Shown: positions 53,200 through 63,500 of the stretch, one piece after another | Position numbering within the stretch: the first letter of the stretch is position 1 | Layout of the letters: each line of letters begins with the position of its first letter | Source: Candidatus Dojkabacteria bacterium | GTDB taxonomy: Bacteria > Patescibacteriota > Dojkabacteria > SC72 | Reading direction: 5' to 3' | DNA length: 64,000 nt | Assembly: GCA_040765985.1 (NCBI GenBank) | Contig: JAXGRK010000002.1 | Span: 9,940 to 73,939 of the forward strand | Made by a program: the position numbers and the translations under genes | Notes under the pieces: generated by a model | The model's database searches: none | What the model was told of the DNA's origin: nothing | Seen by the model: only the letters and a program-made list of their open reading frames with translations

Positions 53200-54795
53200 T
53201 TAACTTCTATCTATAAACTGATCTCTAGATGTAGGATCTGGTTTCTCAGTATTAATCAATAAAGGATACCATATACCATCTAAGGAATTTAATAGCTCTA
53301 ACCATTTATACACTAAACTACGATATGAAATATGTCCTCCCCTTCTAACCCTCAAATTAATTGTATATTGCAAATCATCAAAAGAGCCATAGAAAGAGTA
53401 CCTTGTACTATGTGCATGAGGTAGTAAGTACCTAGTATACTCTTTAGACATCTCATCTGACATAAATTGGGTAGATACAACTCTCCACTTTTTAATCATC
53501 TCATATGTTTCGGTTAAACACTTTTCATACTCATCTCTTAAATCCTGTAATTTAGGTATTTCAAGATAGTTGCATAGGAAGAAACAATCTCTACTCTCTC
53601 TATTCAATTCATTATCAATATCTATTTCATCATGGAATAGTGGAATGAACCTCTCTAAACTCCTATGCCTATTTAAATCTTTAAGAGTACCCAGTGTAGC
53701 CATACCCTCTATCTTAATTGCTCCTGATTGACCTAAGTTACCCAATAGGTTGTGATGGTTATGATTTTCAAAAAGTATCTCGCCTAATCTCTGCTCATCC
53801 TCTTGGTCAAACTCCAATTCATATTCACTACCCAAGGGATTAACTAGCAGTTCGTAATGAGTAATTAAATCTTCTACCGCATTAGTATTGTAATCTACAG
53901 TACATGAATCACATTCACATCCCATATTTTCATACTCTCTTTGGTTAGATACCATATTACTTACTTCCTCTAATATCCCTTTAGTTGAATTTTTTCTACA
54001 ACAGTTTGCATCTGTATGTCTAATTAATCCATCTGCTTCTTTAATATACTCTGCCATCTTAATATCTGACTCTCCTAAAAGATTGTAAAGAAGTTTACCC
54101 ACCTCTTTTTCTACTACACTACTACTTGCATTAAAGTATGATATTAACTCAGACCAGTTTCTAGCAGACATTACTGCTGCCATACTGGTTTGTAATCCGT
54201 AAGGAAGTAGATATCTAGCTGTATCAAAGCTTCTAGCTTGTAAAACAGATTTCTCTTCTTTAATATCTTCATTAATATCAAAATACTCTTTTAATACCTC
54301 CTTTGTTTCTTTAAGTAATCTCCTGTAATCTCCCATCTGTTTTAATACAATACTGTCATACTCTTTTCTAATTCCTTCATCCAAACATATCTCTTTTGAT
54401 ATTTTTATGTACTGAGGATTCTCAAAATTCTGATATCTAGTAGATCTCTCTTGACCAGATATTACAGAGTTTGTATAAAAGATCTTCATAGCAGTAAACA
54501 TGGGTATATTCTCAATACAAACAAAAAGGTCTGCCATATCACCTACAGATTTATGACCGTATCCATGAAATATTGATTCTAATCTTTGTGCAGCATCAGT
54601 ATTGTTATCTATAATTTCCTTTGCAATATCAGTAATTGAATCTGCAGACCTACTATACCTAGCACCTAAGTATGCATTAATTGAGGGTTGTTTCTGTTTA
54701 GGGTTTTGTAAAAGAGTATGTGCTTTAAAACTATTCCATTCTGATTCAGATATTAAACTAGCTATCTGTAAATCCTTTCTAAAGGTTCCTTTCAT
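53200..54795 (-). CDS. thyX: FAD-dependent thymidylate synthase, tandem-domain long form
   Basis: ARYSRS, GHKSVGD, ERSTRY, FDTARYLLP, DLNRHRS, LRVRRGGHISYR. Confidence 0.85.
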   Translation of the reverse strand: MKGTFRKDLQIASLISESEWNSFKAHTLLQNPKQKQPSINAYLGARYSRSADSITDIAKEIIDNNTDAAQRLESIFHGYGHKSVGDMADLFVCIENIPMFTAMKIFYTNSVISGQERSTRYQNFENPQYIKISKEICLDEGIRKEYDSIVLKQMGDYRRLLKETKEVLKEYFDINEDIKEEKSVLQARSFDTARYLLPYGLQTSMAAVMSARNWSELISYFNASSSVVEKEVGKLLYNLLGESDIKMAEYIKEADGLIRHTDANCCRKNSTKGILEEVSNMVSNQREYENMGCECDSCTVDYNTNAVEDLITHYELLVNPLGSEYELEFDQEDEQRLGEILFENHNHHNLLGNLGQSGAIKIEGMATLGTLKDLNRHRSLERFIPLFHDEIDIDNELNRESRDCFFLCNYLEIPKLQDLRDEYEKCLTETYEMIKKWRVVSTQFMSDEMSKEYTRYLLPHAHSTRYSFYGSFDDLQYTINLRVRRGGHISYRSLVYKWLELLNSLDGIWYPLLINTEKPDPTSRDQFIDRS

Positions 54796-54805
54796 TAAGT
54801 ATTGA

Positions 54806-56018
54806 TTACAATTTATCTATTCCTGGTATAGGGAAATCTTTAGTAAACTCTTTTACTTCCTCTTTAATTAATTTAATATCTTTTTCTGATTTACTCTTTA
54901 ATGCTCTATCTATATACTCAGCTACTCTTTCCATATCACTCTCTTTCATACCTCTTGTTGTAATAGCGGGTGTACCAATTCTAACTCCCGATGGGTCCCA
55001 AGGTTTTCTTTCATCAAAGGGTATACTGTTTTTGTTCAAAGTAATATTAACACTCTCTAAAATATCAGATACCTCCTTACCACTCATATTTATACTTTTA
55101 ACAGTATCTACTAAAAATAGATGGTTATCTGTACCCCAGATACAATGGTATATCCTTTTTGAATTAAAGAATTAGCCAACGCCTTCGCATTTAATATAAT
55201 CTGTTTAATATCTTTAAACTCATTACTCTTTGCTTCCGTAGCGCAACCGCTATACCAGCAGTTGTATGGTTATGTGGACCCCCTTGACCAGAGAAATACC
55301 GCTTTATCTATTACTTCACCATACTCTCTTACAAAGAATCATTGCCCCTCTTGGCCCTCTTAAGGTTTTGTGTGTAGTAGTAGTCACTACATCTGCAATA
55401 CCCACAGGAAGAGATACTGATCTGCTACAATTAACCCTGCTACATGTGCAATGTCTGCAACAAATATAGCTGCAACTTCATCAGCTATCTTTCTGAACTC
55501 TTTCAATCAATTATTCTTGAATAGGCACTAAATCCACTCCATATTAATTTAGGTCTGTGTTTCTGATCTTTCGCACTTCATCATAATCAATATATCATCT
55601 TTATTTACCCGTAACTTACTGAGTTAAAATATTTACCACTAATTGATACTTAAAACCATGAGTAAGATGGCCACCAGCTGATAGACCCATACCCATTGTT
55701 CTGTCACTGATTTAAAAATGCTAAATGTACTGCTAAGTTAGCAGGCGAACCAGAATATGGTTGTACATTTACATGCTCTGCTTTAAATACCTCTTTAGCC
55801 CTAGATATACACTCCTTTTCAATCTCATCAATATATTCATTACCACCATAGTATCTTTTATCTGGATATCCCTCAGAGTATTTATTTGTAAGAATACTTC
55901 CCATTGCTCTAAGGACATTTTCACTTACATAGTTTTCAGAGGCAATTAACTCTATACCCTCTTTTTGTCTTTTAGCTTCATCCTTTATATATTTAAAAAC
56001 AATATCCTCTTTATACAT
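54806..56018 (-). CDS. glyA: Serine hydroxymethyltransferase (many indels)
   Basis: [68 protein letters not shown]. Confidence 0.95.
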
Positions 56019-56855
56019 TCTTTTTGTAAGCATCAATTAAATTACTAAGTAAACATACAATTGTCATTGGTCCAACACCACCTGGAACAGGAGTAATGTA
56101 TGAAACAGTATCTTTAACACTTTCAAAATTAACATCTCCTACCAATTTCCCTTCCTCATTTTTATTCGTCCCTACATCTATTACAACAGCACCCTCTTTT
56201 ATATATTCCCTATCTATATATTCTGGTTTCCTATACCTACAATTAATATATCAGCCATATTACAACTGCTTTAAGATTTGGGGTATGAGAGTGACATACT
56301 GTTACTGTAGCATTTTCATTTTGTAGTAGTGCTGCTACTGGTAATCCAACAATATCCTTTCCAATTACAACTGCTCTTTTCCCATCTATTTCTATTCTGT
56401 ACTCTTCTTAGTAACTCTAATATTCCTTTTGCTGTGGCTGGAGCTATAGCTGATGGATCATTTTTAAAAAGTTTACCTAAATTAACAGATGTTAAACCAT
56501 CTACATCTTTTAATGGAGATATTTTTTCTAAAATATTACTCTCGTTAATTTGCTTTGGTAGTGGTAATTGAACCATTACTCCATCTACATTAGTATCTTT
56601 ATTTAAATCTTCTACCAACTGTATTAACTCACTTTCTTGTACACTTTCTTCAAAGGTATGTACATTACACTGTATTCCTAACTCTTGTGCTTTTTTAGAT
56701 TTCATTTGTACATATTTTTGACTACCGAAATCATTACCTACAAGCAATATATCTAGTTGAGGAACTCTTTTATCTAAATTAAGATACTCCTGTATATCCT
56801 TTTGTATCTTTTCAGATATTTTTAATGCTGTTTGTTTACCATCTAATATTGTCAT
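56011..56855 (-). CDS. folD: Methylenetetrahydrofolate dehydrogenase/cyclohydrolase (indels in 3' half)
   Basis: [46 protein letters not shown]. Confidence 0.95.
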
Positions 56856-56911
56856 ATCTTTTAATATGTAAAAATATATTTATGTATTTTACAGGATATT
56901 TGAATATTTTT

Positions 56912-57569
56912 TTACTCTGTATCCCTAATTGCTACTACAACAGTTCTTTTAATATTTGCACCAGCAGGCCAACATGTCATTAAGGTAAGAGTGTCTTGGT
57001 CTAGATATTCACCTAAATACTGTATATCTTTTGGGTCTACAATCTTAACTTCTAGTACTTTGTAAGTATATATATCTCCTTGGTAGCTTACATATAATCA
57101 TCTTTTTCTAATTCATTTAGTAGTAGAAGTATACATTGTACTTCCTTCTTTCATAGAAGTTTACAGCAGAGTGTGCAAACAGAAATACATTTCCTTCTTC
57201 ATTTGGTAGTGCACTTCCTTTAGCGTGTGCTACACCGTATATTAGTGCTGTGCTATACCTTTCCTCATTGTATGGATCTACATTTTTTAATACTTTGGCA
57301 TTAGCTTGTATTTTAGGTATGTAGAGTCCAAAATCACTGTTTACAAACACTATCTCTGTATCTTTTTCAATCTCAGTAGTAATCTCTTCACCTTTAGGGG
57401 TTACTTCTACTTTAATTTCTTCTACTGGTTTAGGAGAGAATTTGTAATCAAAGTATGACCATATTAATGGTTGATATGTAAAAAAAAGAATAACTAATCC
57501 TACAAGAAGTAGTAGGATACCCAGATATTTTGAGTATCCTACTTTTGATTTACTTTTTTCTTCTGACAT
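56912..57569 (-). CDS. Sortase (class D/E-like; indel near 57120)
   Basis: N-terminal TM; LYIPKI; GVAH..G.ALP...GNVFLFAHS; shifted frame LTLMTCWPAG...R, giving the His/Cys/Arg triad. Confidence 0.9.
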
Positions 57570-60500
57570 ATGAGTATCCTGCACTTCCTAATACTACCAC
57601 TGCTGCTGCAATTATTACATACTTATATTTATTCCAGAAAGTTTCGTCTGTATCATCTTCTTCTCCATCTTTATCCTCTCCATTCTCTTCATCTTCATCT
57701 CCTTTTACCTCTCCGTTGTCTTCTTCCTCTTGGTCAGGATTCTCTTCACCTTCCTCGCCCGCAGTAGTCTCCTCTCCTGCTACCTCTCCTGTTTCTCCAT
57801 TAACAGTAACTGTTGTTGCAGTTGTTCCTTGTATTACTGTTACAATATTATCTGTAACAAAGCTAGAGAAGTTTCCTAAATCATCTAATGCTCTAATTGC
57901 ATAGTAGTACTCTTTAGTACAGTCTAATGGGTCATCATCTGCATATGTTACAGCTGTGTTTGGCCCAACTGTTAATGTATCAATTAATGTAGAAGCGTTA
58001 GCTGTAAATGGTTGTGTGCTTGATCTAAATATTTCTACTTTAGATGTTCTACCATCATTTGCTGTTTTAAATGAAAGTGTATATTTACATGTACCTTCTG
58101 TTTTTGCATAGTTTATTACTGGTAGTGGTTTCTCAAGTACGACCTCCACTGAAACAGTACTAGATATGTTTTCATCACCACCAGCCTTTGCTTTTACATA
58201 GAAATCATAGGTACCACTTGTAGTAACTAATGCTGGGGTAACTTCACAGTTACCACTGTTAGTAGCATATGTACCAAAGAGAATACCGTCTTTATAACAC
58301 TCTACTGTTACTGTTCTATTTTGTAAATCCAATGCTACAAATCCTATCTTGAAAGTATTCTTATTAGTAGGAGTTACTGGTTGCTCAATTCTTACATCAA
58401 TATCTGCTACCGATGCATATGTAGGTAGGGGTTTTAGTATAAAGAACATACTAAATAGGACTACTCCTGCAATAAATAGGTTTTTAATTCTTTTCTTTGG
58501 ATTAAATACTAATAGAATGAATCCTAATATCATCGATATTAATGCTCCTAATGTTATATATGTATCTGCACCTGTTCTAGGTAGAGTAATCGCTGCACCT
58601 AACACTTCTCCTTCTTCTATTTCAGGATCGTTCTCTACTTTAACTTGAGTACCTACGAAGTATTTACCCACAATACCATCGTTTATCTCAAAGCCCGAAC
58701 CTTCAGATATCGCAAGTAGGTTTGATCCCATTATTCCTATTCCTTTTGCATAGGCAAGGTCAGGATATTTACCTGCATCAACAAGATCTGTTACCAAAGC
58801 TTTATACGTTATTGTAACTATTTCACCCACAAGTATCTTTCCTAATTCCCACTTTCCAGGTGAGGAATACTTCACTGCAGAGATATCTAAAATTCCTCTT
58901 ACATTTGATATTGCTCTAAATGTACCTGATTGGGGTATGAAGCCTTCAGGAGGGAGATCTATGAGGATTACATTGTTTACTGAACTCTTTTCTGCTCTAA
59001 CTTTTATTGTATATGTTACTGTATCACCAATTGCTAGAGTATTTGGCCAACTATCATTTGTTTTACTTATATACAATTCTGATTTTTGAACATTACCTAT
59101 GTAACAGGACCTATTATCTCCAGAAGAAACTTCTAAGTTATATGCATTATTATTGTAAATACCATTTTCTAAAATAGGTGATGATATTGCTCTATCAACT
59201 TCAGCTCCATTAGAACAGTATATGTCGGTAACACCCATAACTGGACATCCTGGCCTATTATCCCAATTCATATCGATACTCCCTCTCGAGTTAAATAAGT
59301 TACAGTCACTAAACTCTGGACATGTTTTCTGTTCTCCAAATGATACTAGATTACTATACCCATTAACTTCACATGCCCATTGAGCACATGTTTGAGCATC
59401 ACCACAACCATTCCATCCAGAACAAGCACCATGATGCCCATATGCTTCTCTAGGAGAGGTTATCAAGACTCCTTCTCTGTCATCCTCACAATATATTCCA
59501 GTTTGATCCCAACCATCTTTCATACTCTCACTTAGAACATATGAATCAGGAAGTAAACTGAACTTCGTACTTCCGTCAATATCTGTAATCTGACTATATC
59601 CCTCTTCTTCAATCTTGGATATATTTATTTCCCAATCGGATAGGAAAGATTCTCCTTCATCAAGTACACCATTAGCATTTAGGTCATTAAACTTGTAAAC
59701 AGTAATACTACCTTTTTGAAGATTTCCAAACTTGTATGTTGGTCCCTCAACTGCATTTACTTGGTCAAGAAAACCTTTAGGATTTTCATCTGGCAAAGTT
59801 ATAGTATGACAATTATTTCCCTCATTTATAGGGTATGTCTGAACCCAACCATCTTGTAATTCCTCACAAACGGTATATTCACCAAGTTTTAAATCTTCAA
59901 ACCAATACCATCCTAGATGATCTTCATTGTCAGTTAACATATATCTCTCACCTTCATCAAATTGACTATTTTCATTTTCATCAATGAATATCTTCCAATT
60001 ACCCAACAAAGGTTCTAATTCACACTGTTCCATTGCTCTGTTTTGAGCTAAAGATCGGACATCATCATACATTTCTTCTCCTATACAGTTTCTCTCTCCA
60101 TCTCCATTTATATCGCTCCATTTATACCCATGTATATCTCCTGTAGATTGAGTGTTAAATGCAACACAGTAATATGTTTGACCATATTCTGGTCTATTTA
60201 ACCATTCCCAGTTGTCATAGTTTGCAACATCTTTGTCACAGTAAAATTCTGCAGAGAAATCATCTGAGTTATTATTGTTGTTATATGTAAATGGTATGTA
60301 GTTTTCTTGGAGTACTTCTCTTAATTCAATTCTACTTCCCTTAAGATTATTAATCTTAGCTATTGCTATTCCTTCTTCACCAACTGCACTAAATGTATTC
60401 CAATCCTCACCTCCATATCCTATATATTCATCACCGGGGTTTCCTGCTCCTTGATATCCCCATTCAAATTCCCAGGTTGGTTCTAACCTACAGTGTCCTT

Positions 60501-63500
60501 CACTTTCATCAACCCAGTTCTGTGCTGTATTAGATGTAATCTTAGCTGGTCCTTTTCTTCCCCAATTTGGTAAGTAAGACTCATTATCACAAACTACTTT
60601 CATTGCCTCTATCGTTACAGGCTGGTTCACTCTATTTTTAATAGTGAAATTCTCTTCCATCTCATCTACTACAACAGGAGTTCCTTTACCACTAATATCA
60701 ATCCATCCTTCCTTTAGATATTCATCTAATATGTACTCTCCATATGGGATAGCTTCTAGAGTAGTACATCCATTCCTTTCAGTAGAACCTTTTGCCCATT
60801 CATTAACTTTGTAAACTTCAAATCTAAAATCTTTGTTTACATTATCAGCATAGTAGTCATCATATATTGAGACATTAATAGGACCGCCTAAATGGTCATA
60901 TACATATGTATATTCGTGTGAGCTATTGTATGCTCCCCAGTTAACAGAAGAACCATTTATCAAAGCCATTAAACCTTTACTTGGTAAATCTAATCCACTT
61001 ACCCAACCACCAGTTCCGTATGGAATACCTATTGGCCTAAAGGAGTATCCCGCATCTGCAATCATTTGAGAATTTCCATATCTATATGTACCACTTACTT
61101 TGATTAAGTATGTACCTGCTGGTAAATTAGAACTGTTTGATCCACTGTTATTACTTACATTTAGAGCTGTTGGGCCATCTACTTTGTCAGATGCTAATAC
61201 CATATCCCAACCAGAAAGGGATTTATTGTTATGGTTCTTTTTACATATCTTTACATCTGAGCCTTGGTAGTTTCCAAACTGTACTCCTACTTTGTCCTCT
61301 GAGGCTCCTAATACTACTGTATGACAGAAGGAATTATCTTGTGGATTTTGTACTCCTGAATATGGTTCTGTTTGATACCAACCCTCTTGAGGTTGTTCAC
61401 ATACATAGTATGTACCAGGTAAGAGATTTTCAAATCTGTATTGACCTTTTTCTACATTACCAACATCAGTAGTATCATCTCCTGTTTTCATTGTACCTAA
61501 TACATCCCATTCTTGATTGTAGAGATTGATTGTCCAGTTATCTAATTTATTCTTATTAATTTTTTCCTCCTTATCAAAATTTCCATTAATATTTACATCG
61601 TAATATTTTCTACCCTGTATAGAGCTGTATGGATATTGATTAACTACTAGAAGAGTTCTATCAGCTCTTGATGTAGTTAAAAGGATATCTCCATCTCCTA
61701 TTGTATTTCTCTGTCCATCGTTTGAAGGGTCTTCATCAAAGAGTTGTCCAGAGTAATCAATAGCTTGGTTTAAATTAAGATTTGAATCATTATACCTTGG
61801 AATATTCCATGGACTTGAATATGTTTCTTGACTGTAATAGAAGTGCCCTATTGGTAAATCAGAATATGTTTTACAGTAAAGATCGTTACCTTCACTTGAA
61901 GAATATACATCTGTATTTAAGTCTAAAGGTGTACTATAACTTGTTTCTGGAAGTACTCCTACTGGAGCACCTTGAGAGGTTGTAACATCTAACCCTTTTA
62001 CAGAGAATTCATAGCCTGGTAGTTCAGAACCGTCCGTTATCTTTCCATCAGGTGTAAGAGCTACTTTACATACTCTAATTGATCCAGCCTTGACTTTGAC
62101 AGTTTCAGTATCTGTATTGTTTTCAATATCTCTATCTCCACCTAAATACCATTCATCGTAGTTCCAAGATTCACCCTCTATATCATATACCTCTGCGATA
62201 TTAGTAACTTCAGATCCACCTGATTCTGTTACTTTGTAATCACATGTAAATTTCCATGTTTCATTTGAATCTATTTTACCATCCATATTTATATCCCCTG
62301 AGTCATATTCAACTGGAGTACATAGGTCATCTTTAACCATAGGTGTTACATTTGCAGGTCCCCCATTTTTAACTTCATATTCGTAAGTTATTGTCTCTCC
62401 TTTATATGCTACACTAGGTGCTATCTTATCTATAGCTAAATCAAATGTTATTACATTTATTTGAGACCAATCTGGATATCTTTGTCCCGTTGTATAATCA
62501 ATACATTCATACCCTTGAATATATCCCTCAGGTAAATCTTTCTCACAGAATTTATAACTTCCCTCACTTAACCATAGGTTAATTGGTAAGGATTCTGTAA
62601 TTGTTTCTGTTCCGAGAACCTCATCTCCTTTTTTAATATCTACTGTAAACTCAGTCTCAGGATCAGAGTAATCAATTTTATCTCCATCCCAGTATAGTAA
62701 TACATCCTTTCTTAATGTAAATGGATATAGGGTAAACTCATCACTATCTGTTGTTTCTTCATCATAGAAAGAACCTGTTGCAGCAGCTTCGTTTGTGAAA
62801 GAATCTGGGAATGTCCATAATATGTTTGTAGTACATTGATATTTCCATTCTTCTCCATTTTCCAAAATATTATCTCCATCATCACCAGATTGGTAAACTA
62901 CAGGATTGCACTTGTCATCAACTACAGAGATATTTGATAATGGGACATTACCTTTGTTTGTAACTTCATATTCATATGTTATATTTTCTCCATTTATTGC
63001 ATAATCAGGACCACTCTTTTCTACTTCTATTTCAGGATTAGCTTCTACATTCCAAGCTACACAGTAATATGTTTCTCCATTTTCTATTCCATCTATTCTA
63101 TCTAAATTATCGTAATTTAATACATCAGTATGACAGTATATTTCAGCTGTTACATTATTACTGTTATTTCCGCCCTCTATATTGTAAGTAAATGGAATGT
63201 AATCAGAATTCCATACTTCTCTCATCCATATAGAATTAAATCCTTCAATATCTTTATTTGCTATTTCTATTGTAGCTAAACCGTTAGTATCAGTAGCTCC
63301 AAATGTATGCCATCTAGTATCTGTTGTCTCTCCTGTGTTATCTCCTGGATTCATACTAGAAGGGCCTTCATTTCCCCATTGGAAAGAGTGCCCTTGCTTA
63401 AAGCTACAACTTGAATGATTCTTAACCCAATTTAGTGCAGTATTCTCATCTATGTTGTCACCTCCATTACCCCAATTAGGTAATTCTAATTCATTAGTAC

